Part shown: positions 1 through 11,584 of the stretch, piece by piece
Numbering within the stretch: position 1 is the stretch's first letter
Layout: every line of letters begins with the position of its first letter
Assembly (NCBI RefSeq): GCF_035594765.1
Contig: NC_085841.1
Location: 132,107,574 to 132,171,573, forward strand
Source: Anolis carolinensis
Lineage: Eukaryota
Reading direction: 5' to 3'
DNA length: 64,000 bases
Notes under the pieces: model-generated
What the model was told of the DNA's origin: nothing
Seen by the model: the letters and a program-made list of their open reading frames with translations, nothing else
Database searches by the model: none
Program-made: the position numbers and the translations under genes

Positions 1-89
1 GTTTCGGATTAGTTTTCTTGCAGAGTCTGATTTCAAATATGGTATATGAAATGTGTTTTCAAAATTAGACTATTTGGCGGTCTATCAGC

Positions 90-1158
90 ACTGTAGAAAT
101 AATCTAGTTTGACACTACTTTAATTGTCCTGGCTCATGGAATCCTGGAATTTGTAGTTTGGTGAGGCACCAGAATTCATTGGCAGAGAAGGCTAAAGACC
201 TTATACAACTCAAATGATTCCATAGCATTGAGCCAGGGCAGTTAGTGATGTGTTAAGTTGCATTAATTCTTGTCAAGACCCAGGCTACAGAACACCAATA
301 ACCATGCGCAGAGGCCAGATTCTATCTAATATCTTTATTAAAGGAATATATAAAGTCAATAAAAACAAGTGAAGAATATAGTTCAGAAGTAGACCTTTCA
401 GGAAAGGTCAAATATAGTCCAGGAAAATAATGTCCAATATGTGATATTAGAGTCCAAAGTTATAATCCATTAACCGAAACACACACTTTGCCAAGCAATA
501 GTGTGGAGAGATGACAAGGTCTTTTAGTCCATTGAAGCTTGACAACAAGGCTGGAAAACAAACTAGATTCTTGGCTAAACAAGACTTGATACGAGGCAAA
601 CAAGAAGCAAGAACAAGGTCCGTGGCGAGGTCCGCAGTCAAACGTGAAACAAGGCAGGCTTGGAACTTGGTCCGGGGAACAAGGAACTGGGATTACTAAG
701 TCCACACACGATCTCACTCCTCAGGCTGACGAGTTGACTCCGCAAGGTTTCCTTTGCGGCAAAACACCTAATAGGGTCTCGTTTCCCGCCAGAAGAACCC
801 TTTCCCTGGAGAACGAGAAGTGAAACCCAACTCCGTCCAGATGCATGACTCCTTAGAATTTCCCAAGGGAAGCAGACCTAATCAGCTAATTGTTTGGCTG
901 CGATTCTGAGACTCCGGCGATTAGCCTCCCTAGCTCCTCTATCTCTATTATAATTGTCTTTTCGGGAAAACGGGGGAGAATTCTGCCCAAGGCTTGTTTG
1001 GCTGACTTCTTGAGGGCAAACATCCTCCAGGTGCAGGGGCTCCGATTCTGGCTGAACCGGTGGAAATCCCATGTTTTCCTCTTCGTCTGCCACAATAGTA
1101 CTAGGAACGGGACTACAAGGCCCATGAGTCATCACAATTCTGCAGTGTAGATGCACCC
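90..1158. mobile_element. Palindromic Harbinger/PIF-like MITE, interrupted by a solo LTR (MITE parts about 90-270 and 1137-1158)
   Basis: Right end ...CAGTGTAGATGCACCC followed by TAA. The arms are inverted copies of each other. A related uninterrupted copy lies at about 21227-21410. The left end is degenerate. Confidence 0.7.
271..1136 (-). mobile_element. Solo LTR (Gypsy/BEL-type by 5-bp TSD)
   Basis: Begins TGTCAAGAC and ends GTCATCACA (TG...CA, imperfect terminal inverted repeat). Exact 5-bp duplication ATTCT at 266-270 and 1137-1141. AATAAA on the minus strand near 334-339 suggests antisense orientation. No internal gag/pol sequence is adjacent. Confidence 0.8.
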
Positions 1159-1493
1159 TAAGTCATGAATCTGAACTACAGACTGACTTAAAGTAGCTTT
1201 TCAAAGGATGGCTATATAAATTCCATTCATTAGACAGTATGGCATCTGGAACTGGAGCTAATTTACTATCTTTACAATGTATGAAGACTCTTGTCATCTG
1301 TTATAGGAATTCCTGGATGCTAAATTTAGCAAATACATGACAAATTAATGATGGTAAACTAATGCAATAATATTGTGCCCTGTATTAATATTATAACTAC
1401 ATCATCTAAATTTAAAGTGTTAATTTAAAAAAACATTTGGACATTAGTTTGATTTAAATAGTCTTTATTTCCTGTCTCACTCAAGTTATGATC

Positions 1494-1531
<38 letters not shown>
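1494..1531. repeat. (TTG)n microsatellite
   Basis: Direct reading of the sequence. Confidence 0.95.
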
Positions 1532-1532
<1 letters not shown>

Positions 1533-1660
1533 TTGGTGGTACTGTTGTTGTCAAATAAAATCCTACATCTCTAATTTGATATTACTTGATTTATTTGAAA
1601 ATGCTGCTCAGTCACTGATTGTTTTCTTCATCTGTACTTGCTACTGCAAAATACAAATTG

Positions 1661-4324
1661 ATGCATCAGCAGGCCAGGGCTGGGGGGCGGGGAGGAGGAG
1701 TCGCGGTGATCTTTCGGCAGTCCATCGCCCTGATCAGATGCGCCATTCCGCAATCTTCGAGGTTCGAGTGTGTCTTCCTGAAGGTGGGAGTCCGAGACAG
1801 CTTGGGGATTCTGCTGGTGTACCGTCCACCCCGCGACCCAGCAGTCTCTCTGTCTGAGCTAGCAGAAGTGGTCTCCAATTCGGCCCTGGTCTCCCAACAA
1901 CTCATAGTTTTGGGAGACTTTAACATCCATGCCGAGACCACACTGACAGGTGCAGCTCAGGATTTCATGGTTGCCATGACGACCATGGGGCTGACTCAAG
2001 TTATATCTGGGCCCACACATCAGGCAGGACACACGCTGGACCTTGTCTTTATTGTGGACGGTGGGACAGTCAGAGTGGAAGAGCAAAACATCCTTCCATT
2101 GTCATGGTCTGACCATCATCTGATCTGTTTAAGTTTTGCCGTGTCTTCTAACCTCCGCAGGGGTGGTGGACCCACTAAGATGGTCCACCCCAGGAGGCTG
2201 ATGGATCCGGATGAACTTCTGAGGTCTCTTGGGGTTCTTCCTGTTCCGGAGACTGGCGATCCTGTCGATGTCCTGGCTGATCGCTATAATAGTGAGCTGA
2301 CAAGGGCACTTGACACGATCGCTCCCGAACGTCCCCTCTCGCTGCGTAGAGTCACGTCGACTCCTTGGTTCACTGAGGAGCTGGCTGTGATGAAGCGTGC
2401 GAGGAGGGGACTAGAGTGCATCTGGAGGAAATCTCAGGATGTGTCTGACCAAGCACGGGCTAAAGCCGCTATTAAGGCTTACTCCGTGGCTCTGCGAGCA
2501 GCCAGGAAAGCTTTCACGACTGCCCGCATAGCGTCTGCAGCCAACAGGCCATCGGAGTTGTTCCGAGTTGTTGGGGAGCTCCTGCGGCCTCCCGAGACCC
2601 AGGGGCTTCCTGATGACTTGGCAACTCGGTGCAGCGATTTCGCGCACCATTTTGCAGGCAAAGTTGCTCAGATATGCCATGAGTTGGACTCCAGCTTAAC
2701 TGTAGTTCCAGCGGAGGTAACTGAGGTACCTGTCTGTCCGATCTTGTGGGATTCTTTCCGGCTTGTTCTTCCTGATGACGTGGAGGGGATTCTTGGGTCT
2801 GTGAGGGCGACCACTTGCGCTCTGGATCCTTGTCCTTCTTGGCTGGTTAAGCTGGCCAAAGATGGGTTGTTGGATTGGTTTGTGGCTATTATAAATGCCT
2901 CCTTGGGTCAGGGGTCAGTTCCATCCTGCTTTAAGCAGGTGGTAGTAAAACCATTACTAAAAAAGACCTCTTTAGACCCATCTGTATGTAACAACTACAG
3001 ACCAATTTCCAACCTCCCATTTTTGGGCAAGGTTCTGGAGTGGGTGGTTGCCACGCAGCTCCAGGAGTTCCTCGATGACACTGATTTTCTGGACCGCTCG
3101 CAGTCTGGCTTCAGGCCTGGGCACAGTACTGAGATGGCTTTGGTCGCCTTGGTGGATGACCTCCGCAGGGAGCTGGACAGGGGGAGTGTGACCCTGCTGG
3201 TTCTCTTGGACATCTCAGCGGCTTTCGATACCATCGACCATGGTATCCTTCTGGGGAGGCTCTCTGGGATGGGGATCGGTGGCACGGTTCTGCTGTGGCT
3301 CCAGTCCTTCCTGGAGGGTCATTCCCAGTTGGTGAAGCTGGGGGACACCTGCTCGGACCCCTGGCCATTGATCTGTGGGGTCCCGCAAGGGTCTATCCTA
3401 TCCCCCATGCTATTCAACATCTACATGAAACCGCTGGGAGAGGTCATCTGGAGTTTTGGAGGGCGTTGCCATCTCTATGCAGATGACACGCAAATCCACT
3501 ACTCGTTCCCATCTGACTCCAAGGAAGCCCCTCGAATGCTGAACCAGTGCCTGGCCGCTGTGGCGGACTGGATGAGGAGGAACAAGCTGAGGATCAATCC
3601 TGACAAGACAGAGGCCCTCCTGGTCAGTCGCACGTCGGATCGGGGTATTGGGTGGCAACCTGTGCTGGACGGGGTCACACTCCCCCTGAAATCACAGGTC
3701 CGCAGTTTGGGGGTCCTCCTGGACTCAGCACTGATGCTTGAGGCGCAGGTGTCGGCAGTGTTCGGGAGGGCCTTCGCACAACTCAAGCTTGTGTGCCAAC
3801 TGCGACCATACCTCGTGAAGTCTGACTTGACCACGGTGGTGCATGCCTTAGTTACCTCTAGACTGGACTACTGTAATGCGCTCTACGTGGGGCTTCCCTT
3901 GAAGACGGCCCGGAAACTACAATTGGTCCAGCGCTCGGCTGCCAGGTTAATTACGGGGGCGAATTACAGGGAGAGATCTACTCCCCTGTTCAAGGAGCTC
4001 CACTGGCTGCCTTTTATTTTCCGGTCCCAATTCAAGGTGTATACCATCACATATAAAGCCCTAAACGGTTTGGGACCCACCTACCTTCGTGACCGTATCT
4101 CCTACCACAAGCCTACACGATCCCTTCGCTCATCAGGGGAAGCTCTCCTGTCCCCACTCCTGATATCCCAGACCCGCCTTGTGGGAACAAGGGAGAGGGC
4201 CTTTTCTGCTGTGGCCCCCCGATTGTGGAATTCTCTGCCCGCTGAGATTAGGCAAGCCCCCACACTAGCAGCCTTCAAGAAAGACTTGAAAACATGGCTC
4301 TTTCGCTGTGCTTTTGGAGAGTAA
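1661..4324 (+). CDS. L2 ORF2: partial APE endonuclease plus complete reverse transcriptase, 887 aa from the ATG at 1661
   Basis: EN motifs RGGGVAVI, LGDFNIH, HTLDLVF, SDHHLI. RT motifs YRPISNL, QSGFRPGHST, LLDISAAFDTIDH, GVPQGSILSP, YADDTQ. L2-type C-terminus SRLDYCN...LHWLP...PRLWNSLP...FKKDLKTWLF. No stop or frameshift. The N-terminal EN motifs are absent. Confidence 0.9.
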   Translation: MHQQARAGGRGGGVAVIFRQSIALIRCAIPQSSRFECVFLKVGVRDSLGILLVYRPPRDPAVSLSELAEVVSNSALVSQQLIVLGDFNIHAETTLTGAAQDFMVAMTTMGLTQVISGPTHQAGHTLDLVFIVDGGTVRVEEQNILPLSWSDHHLICLSFAVSSNLRRGGGPTKMVHPRRLMDPDELLRSLGVLPVPETGDPVDVLADRYNSELTRALDTIAPERPLSLRRVTSTPWFTEELAVMKRARRGLECIWRKSQDVSDQARAKAAIKAYSVALRAARKAFTTARIASAANRPSELFRVVGELLRPPETQGLPDDLATRCSDFAHHFAGKVAQICHELDSSLTVVPAEVTEVPVCPILWDSFRLVLPDDVEGILGSVRATTCALDPCPSWLVKLAKDGLLDWFVAIINASLGQGSVPSCFKQVVVKPLLKKTSLDPSVCNNYRPISNLPFLGKVLEWVVATQLQEFLDDTDFLDRSQSGFRPGHSTEMALVALVDDLRRELDRGSVTLLVLLDISAAFDTIDHGILLGRLSGMGIGGTVLLWLQSFLEGHSQLVKLGDTCSDPWPLICGVPQGSILSPMLFNIYMKPLGEVIWSFGGRCHLYADDTQIHYSFPSDSKEAPRMLNQCLAAVADWMRRNKLRINPDKTEALLVSRTSDRGIGWQPVLDGVTLPLKSQVRSLGVLLDSALMLEAQVSAVFGRAFAQLKLVCQLRPYLVKSDLTTVVHALVTSRLDYCNALYVGLPLKTARKLQLVQRSAARLITGANYRERSTPLFKELHWLPFIFRSQFKVYTITYKALNGLGPTYLRDRISYHKPTRSLRSSGEALLSPLLISQTRLVGTRERAFSAVAPRLWNSLPAEIRQAPTLAAFKKDLKTWLFRCAFGE

Positions 4325-4642
4325 CAATTTTATATTTCTTTTCCGTTGCTCCCCCTAATATTTATCCTCCAGAATACCCCACTCCCTTATGACCCTGTTC
4401 GCTGTGGTTTTTATTTTTATGTCTTTCTCACCCCGAGTTTTAACTTAATGTTCATGTGGTCTGCCCTTGTTTTTATTGTCTCCTTGTTTTATTTTGTAAT
4501 GGATATTATTTACTGTATTGCTTATTGTATTGTGTTGTGCTGTTCTTTTATATGCTGTTTACATTGTATTGTTTTGGGCATGGCCCCATGTAAGCCTCCC
4601 CGAGTCCCCGTTGGGGAGATGGTGGCGGGGTATAAATAAAGT

Positions 4643-4690
<48 letters not shown>
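1661..4690 (+). mobile_element. L2-clade LINE, 5'-truncated, young: ORF2, 3' UTR and (ATT)n tail
   Basis: ORF2 motifs as listed for the CDS. The 3' UTR ends GTAAGCCTCCCCGAGTCCCCGTTGGGGAGATGGTGGCGGGGTATAAATAAA, followed by (ATT)n to about 4690. Confidence 0.95.
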
Positions 4691-4691
<1 letters not shown>

Positions 4692-4844
4692 GACTGAAAT
4701 TCAAAATTAGAAAATTAAATATTTAGTACCAATAAACACAGCACATTAAAACATATGCCACTTTTTCCAGTGTGCTAAGAAGTTTTACACAAATTGTGAG
4801 AGATCAATTTTTTCTGGTTCGGCTGGATTCCTACTATACTATAG

Positions 4845-5440
4845 GACAGTGATCACTCATGGGCGAGTATGATTCTCTTTCAAGGGTAGAGTCTTGGCAG
4901 CGGGTCCATAAGTGACCTATTCGGGATCCACATGATCTGTCAAAATGAGGTTGCAGGTTTCCAAGTGGAAGACAGTCATGACAAAGGTTTTTTGACGTGC
5001 CTTCTTCTCGGCACGTTTCTTCCTTTTTCTCTCTATTTGTATCTCCTCAAAATCCATGACACCATGGTAACAGCTGCCCTCTAGTTGCAAAGCTTGAGGG
5101 CCAGGGATTCCCAGTTCCCTGTGCTTATGCCACATTTTTAAGGTTAGCTTGAAGTTCATCTTTAAATTTCTTATGTTGTCCACCAACATTTTGTTTTGCA
5201 TTCTTAAAGTTGAGAATAAAGTGATTGCTTTGGGAGACGGTGATCCGACATTCAGACAAAGTGGCCAGTCCTATGATAAACATTACTTCAATGTTGATGG
5301 TCTTTGCTTCTTCTAGAAAGCTGACATTTGTCTTCCTGTCTTCCCAAGGGATTTACAGGATTTTTAAAAAGGCATCATTGATGGAATCTTTGCAAAAGTT
5401 GAGAGTAATGATTGTAGATGGTCCATATTTTGCAGACGTA
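4845..5440 (-). mobile_element. Decayed RTE-clade LINE 3' fragment
   Basis: Broken minus-strand frames resemble the RTE ORF C-terminus (RFHQ, WEDR, GHFV*MSDHRLPKQSLYS, RFKD). Its 3' end is homologous to 41930-42135. Confidence 0.7.
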
Positions 5441-6044
5441 CAATAGAGTCAGAAAAACATCCCAGAAGTTTGTTTTCTTATTTTTCTTAATTGTTGTGGA
5501 GCTCTGAATAGAGGTCTCATATCCTTTCTTTCTTTTATCTGAGGAGTATGGAAGGACTTTAGTTCCAGTTCACTGTCCTCAAGTTGACTATTGACTCTTA
5601 CGTTACTGCTGTCCACAATTGTCTTGGCTGATTTGGTATGAAGTGTATTATCTTCCTTTACTGCTCTGATTGTCTGTCTGATTGTGGCACACTTATGGTG
5701 TAGGTCATATATTTATTGATATGAGCCAAAATAATGACACAAAGAAAGCTTATCCAGATTAGGTAACTCGACAGCATGGAAATCTTATGACCGAGAGATT
5801 CGTTCGTTCTCTCAAATTTAAAAGGCACAGAAAGGTCAATCTCTTCTGTGATGAAAGGTTACAACATTTGGCGCTTATTACATGTTATCTACGGTATTTA
5901 GTTTAGGGGGAAAGGAAATAAAGGAGGCTACGATAAAGACATACAAAGGTATGGGTGGCATACAGGAAATGGAAATATTTTTTTTTATCCTTTTCCCTTA
6001 ATTCTAGGACCCAGGATCATTTGGTGACAAAGGATGTGTCTACC

Positions 6045-6245
6045 AATTTAGCTATATTTAAAGGGAATATTAGACAAATTTATGGAGAATAAGGTCATGA
6101 AATCATTTTTTTTCTGATTCTGAATACTAGCTCTTGGAAAACAGCAGCAGGAAAGGGAAGCTGTTTTCATGGTTGTGGGCTGACATATTTTGGAGGCAGG
6201 ATATGTTGTAGGTCTTTGATCTAATCCAGTATAACCCTTCTTATT
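6045..6245 (+). mobile_element. Old CR1-like LINE 3' end
   Basis: TTAGACAAATTTATGGAGAATAAGG and ...TTTGATCTAATCCAG...CTTCTTAT resemble a CR1 ORF2 end and 3' UTR. Heavily diverged. Confidence 0.4.
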
Positions 6246-6809
6246 GTGGTGTTAACCAATTGGGAAGTTTAGATCACTTTTTGAAGGTAAATATTAATGA
6301 ATTTGAAATCCATTATGAGAGTATGATATTATAATTGTCTGTTAATGTACTGCTACTCAAGCTGGTTGCCAATGATGGTAATACTTCATATTTAGAGTTA
6401 CCAGATCTCAGGGCCTGGGTCAGATTCTCCAGGACAGACTCCTCCACTTGGCGACATGATGAGGATTAGAATCTCATGGCAAGAGTGCTGCTTTGAGAAA
6501 GATTTTTGGTCTGCTGCTGGCCTTGCTGTTATAGGCTACTTTGAAATGCTTGCATACATTTTCCAGTAGATTCTATCAGGCCATGTCTCTATTCCCTTTC
6601 TCCCAAAGTTTGCCAAATTGCAGCTGATATCAGGACTCAGTGGGAAAGCATGCTCCACTTGGAGGAATACTGAACTGCTTCAGGAATATGGTGCTACCGT
6701 ATTATTGGCATTTCTTTTTGTGTAAACTTTCTAGTTCGGTTTCCATTCTTCTCCCCATATTCTAAATGGATAAAACCTCAGTACAATTTCATTTCTTGGT
6801 TGGAAGCAC

Positions 6810-7260
6810 ATAAACCTCTCTCTCTTTCCCTGTCTTTTTCTCTTGCCTCCTGTAACTCCTGCCTACATAATATCCCTCATTCCCTAGAGCCTCTCTTTCT
6901 TCCCATCTCGCACAACTCCTGGTTAAATGTCTTTTGCTTCTCTGCTTCCTCTGTCTTGCTCGACATCTTTTTTCCTTCACCTCCCCACTGACAACTCCTG
7001 TTTTTCTCCTTTCCTTCTCACCATCCTTCCTTTCCTGTTCACATCATCTAGTTGCACTTATTTTTATCTCCTAATCCACCTCCCTCTCATCTCCCTTGTC
7101 CTTTTCTCTCCTCATTCCTAGATAATTTGTCTTAACCCTCCCATCCCCATCTCTTTTCTTCCCTGTCATTTTTCCTTCACATTCACTTCTAGCTATATAT
7201 ATCATCTCAGTTTCATTCCCTTATTCCCTATTTCTCCAATTCTTTCTGCTTCCCACAAAA
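6810..7260. repeat. CT-rich low-complexity (polypyrimidine) tract
   Basis: Strong C/T bias on the + strand with no regular period. Confidence 0.8.
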
Positions 7261-9406
7261 CCCCTAACTGGGATGTGTTTGGTTTCTAGCTTCAAAACTC
7301 TTTGTCTTCACCCCTTTCAAAAATATATGGTTATTGATATATGTTCATGATTTTTGGAGTGAAGGCTGACTGGAAAAAAATGTATCTATTGGGAGACATT
7401 GATAAATGGGAGCAACTCATTAAAAGCAGAGTTTGGAGACATTTCTTTGTATTGGAAACATTTATTCAATTGGACCACAATTCCCACGTGTGCTAAAAGC
7501 AATGCTGGCAATGGTGATTGAAAGAGAGCCAGAAAAAACTTGTTCGTTTCTCTTCAATTCAGATCTTGTGAAACTTATTTTTTGTCATTTGTTTGGCTTT
7601 GTTTTTTATTTTCACAATATGCTCTGAGCTATTAAACGATTAATGCTATTTACAGGAGCTATGGATCACATTTTGATCTTTAAATCCTAGGAGCTGGGAT
7701 ACTTCTGACTTCCAATTAGTAGTGGTTTGGGTGTTACAGGACCTTCTTGGTGTTTATTTTACTACAATATACAGGCAAAGTGTCTCAGTTAGTGATCCTA
7801 TTTTTCTGGAATGGTCAGTGGAATAAGCACATGGGAGTCAACCCCTTTTGCAATGGAAATAAGCTCATGGGCAGTCAGCCCCATTTCTACACATGGGCAA
7901 AAGTAATTCCCTAAGGAGTATATTTTTCACTTGTAGGTAAAAGGATAAGTATCATCTGAGATTCTATTCCTGGGGAAGCATTCACTTATGATTCAAAATG
8001 GCAGCTCTTCCTCTAGTTGTTGCACTCTGTATTTTATAGGTTTTTAAGGAAAAGACAGAGGAAGGAGTTAATACTGTCATTTGGGATTCCTAGCAAGCTA
8101 GCAGCTGAGTGCTGTGAATTGCAAATTGATCATGGCAAAGTAGACATCGTGAGTTGTCAGCCATTATTGCCCCCCAAACTTTAGGAGATGCTTGTAATGT
8201 TATATGAAGTATCTATCATCAAATATACATGATACCATCACAATACTTGCTAACACCCCTAAAGATATTCATAAAAAATGTAGAAGCTCTGGATTTTCTA
8301 ATACATTTTATTAAATGTATAATTAATTTGTGGAACTTGCTGGTGTAGGGTATTAATTATTGAACTAAGAGTGTAGCATGTTATAGGAATTAGGTATTTT
8401 GTATGAGGAGATTGTTTTTTAAAAAAGGAAAATACAAAAATAAAGATAGCGAGTCTTCATGATATGAAGCCCATCATGGTTGCTGATCTGATTACTGATT
8501 AAATATTGTTTTAGAAAGATAGCTGGCTGTAGAATTATTTTGCCAGCTGTGGATTCCATAAGTGACCAACTTCAAAATATCTATAGATCTGTAGAGAGCC
8601 AGCTCATACATCTCCTTCTGTATGCAGCTTGTGCTAGAAATTACTCAGCATGCACACTGAATTCCAGTTGTGTGATTGCCAGAGATATGGGCTGAGCTCA
8701 GGGTAGATTAGCTCTCAGCAAACCATCTCAATTGCTTGTGATACCCCAAAGTACACAGAGCTCAACGTGCAAAGGAAGCAGTCACATGATTGCCCCCTCC
8801 CAGTGCACAGCTTGGGATGAAGCTCATTGCAGGCTGAATATATCCTGGCAGCAGCTGTATATTGAGGGCACCATCAGCATTCTTTCTGTGTCCTTGATTT
8901 CAGATGGGTAGAATTCTAGTAATGAGCCTTGTGGCTATTGAAGCCAATGTCCAAAACTTAAGGGTGTGGGCATCAGGGTTGTTCAAGCTATAATATATTG
9001 GTATCCATTAGATCAATCAGTGGTCTTTTTTAAAAAAACATACTGAAATGAATATTAATACATCCAGTATTTCCACTTTTAGATTTAAGAGCTGGGGACC
9101 TAGATGATTACAGAGCTCTGTCAGCATTAAACAAATTTTCTCATTATATTTTGCTTTTTGTTTTACCAGCCTGCTTAGATTAGATTTTCCCCATTTTTAA
9201 ATCACAAAATTCAAAAACAACACAAACCTAGAGTCTACTGTCTAGTTGTACCAAATATTTCTCATTAAAAGCCAAAGTAGCTTTTATGACTACAACGGAA
9301 TGTTAAGGTCAAATATTAAAATCCATAAAAAATAGTATAAAAATAAAATTATGGCTAAAAAGCACACCTCTGCCTTGTGCCTAAGTGACACGACAATTTC
9401 AGTGTT

Positions 9407-9668
9407 GGGTTACTGTGAGTTTTCTGGGCTGTATGGCCATGTTCCAGAAGCATTCTCTCCTGAAGTTTCTCCCACATCTATGGCAGGCATCCTCAAAGGT
9501 TGTGAGGTCTGTTGGAAACTAGGCAAATGGGGTTTACATATCTGTGGAATGTCCAGGGTTGGAGGAAGAACTCTTGTCTGTTGGAGGCAAGTGTAAATGT
9601 TGCAGTTGATCACTTTGATTAGCATGGAATGGCCTTGCAGCTTCAAAGCCTGGCTGCTTCCTGTTACC
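9407..9668 (-). mobile_element. Penelope-like element terminal fragment with a degenerate hammerhead motif
   Basis: The minus strand reads CCTTTGAGGATGCCTGCCATAGATGTGGGAGAAACTTCAGGAGAGAATGCTTCTGGAACATGGCC, the layout recalled for PLE terminal repeats. Flanked by the direct repeat CAGTGTT (9400-9406, 9669-9675). Confidence 0.7.
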
Positions 9669-10890
9669 CAGTGTTACTTGAGCCTCTTTTTTTCTATCCA
9701 CACACTAGTTATTCCTGATATAAACCAATCAGTATTGTTCATAATGTTAAGAAGCAGAGGCTTGTAAAAAGCCAGTTGTGGGCTTTGTTCCCCATGCTAT
9801 GGAAAATTACTAGATGGAACGATTAGTTTCATACCTAGGAGGAAATGTCATAGTGGATACAAAAGAGCAGTGATGCAGACAGTATGTCAACAATATATGG
9901 AAAGTTAAATGCCCCTTATCTATATGATAGACAAAGAATAATAGGTAGTGAAACAGGGGTGAGGTATCTGTGATCCATGGGTCTAATAAAGTCCACAGGG
10001 TTTTTATATCAGGTTTGCAGAAGCTCAATGATGTTCTGAGATCAGGGCTCAATGACTGCTATAAGTGAAATTTGCATAGGGAAAGGAGAGAAGGAGCAAA
10101 GCTATATGCCCATTCAGCTGATACTTACAGGACCTAACTGAATCTCAGTGTCAAAACATGGGAGAAGAAAGAAGGTTGAAGCCATGTCACCAGTTGAGAC
10201 ACCAGGAAAAGTTCTAGTTGGTTCTTTGTCCAGGGATTGGTCTTAAATGTATCTCTGTTTCATTAATTTCGTCTGGCCCATGGATGATTTTGGAAGGATT
10301 CCGCTTCTGGGCTAAATAGTTCACTAAATAATAACAAGGTAATTTTTCTGCTCCTTAAAATGGACTTGGTAATTTTATAAGACATTGGGGTTTATAATTT
10401 GTTTCCTGAAATGAAATTACCTAATGGAGACCACAAGATGATACAAAGTCCTCAATCCAACATCCCCTCAGCATATTGTAAATATCCACATGCAGACCTA
10501 TACTACTCTGAGCCATGTCTTCCCACCAACTTACTGTGAAGCCTCTGAAGCAACTATTGCATGCTTTGTATCAAACATTCAGAGAAGCATCTGGCAGTGA
10601 CCCCATAACCAGACCTTACAATCATTAAAGGAGTGAGCCCAGTTGATGTTAGTGTTGAAGTCATTGCTTTGCTTCTGGCTGTAGAGAAGTAGTCAGGCCC
10701 TTTTTAAAATTCTGCTTCCTTACTGCAAAACACAGTATGGCCATGTGGGACAGCTATAAGGACTTTAAAATATAGGAGGGCTTTGGGTACTGCTGAATGA
10801 GGATGGGCATAACATTCCTCACATTGCCCAAAAAAGGAAACACGCTTATAAAGGACACATGTCCCTAACACAGTTCTTACCATGGTATAG

Positions 10891-11584
10891 AAACAACAAC
10901 AACAACAACAACAACAATAATAAAACTTTATTTATACCCCGCCACCATCTCCCCAATGGGGACTCGGGGCGGCTTACATGGGGCCATGCCCAAAACAATA
11001 CAATATAAACAGCATATAAAAGAACAACACATCACAACACAATAAGGAATACAATAAATAATAATATCCATTACAAAATAAATAAAGGAAACAATGAAAA
11101 ACAAGGGCAGACCACATGAACATTAAGTTAAAACTCGGGGTGAGAGAGACATAAGAATAAAAACCACAGTGAAACAGGGTCATAAGGAAGTGGGGTATTC
11201 TGGAGGATAGATATTAGAGGGAGCAACGGAAAAGAAATATAACATAGTTACTCTCCAAAAGCACAATGGAAGAGCCATGTTTTCAAGTCTTTCTTGAAGG
11301 CTGCTAATGTGGGGGCTTGCCTAATCTCAATGGGCAGTGAGTTCCACAATCGGGGGGCCACAGCAGAAAAGGCCCTCTCCCTTGTTCCCACAAGGCGGGT
11401 CTGGGATATCGGGAGTGGGGACAGGAGAGCTTCCCCTGATGAACGAAGGGATTGGGTAGGCTTATGATAGGAGATACGGTCACGAAGGCAGGTGGGTCCC
11501 AAACCGTTTAGGGCTTTATATGTGATGGTATACACCTTGAATTGGGACCGAAAATAAAAGGCAGCCAGTGGACCTCCTTGAACA
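10891..11584 (-). mobile_element. L2 3' fragment of the same subfamily as 1661-4690, with a (TTG)n tail
   Basis: The reverse complement aligns to about 3985-4640. ORF 11248-11535 is nearly identical to the ORF2 C-terminus (...FKKDLKTWLFHCAFGE). Confidence 0.95.

Noticed and set aside
7821-7890. Imperfect short direct duplication (similar ones at 35027-35120 and 37297-37336)
   Set aside because: Two-copy local duplications typical of slippage, with no repeat-spacer organisation. No CRISPR-like array exists in this window.
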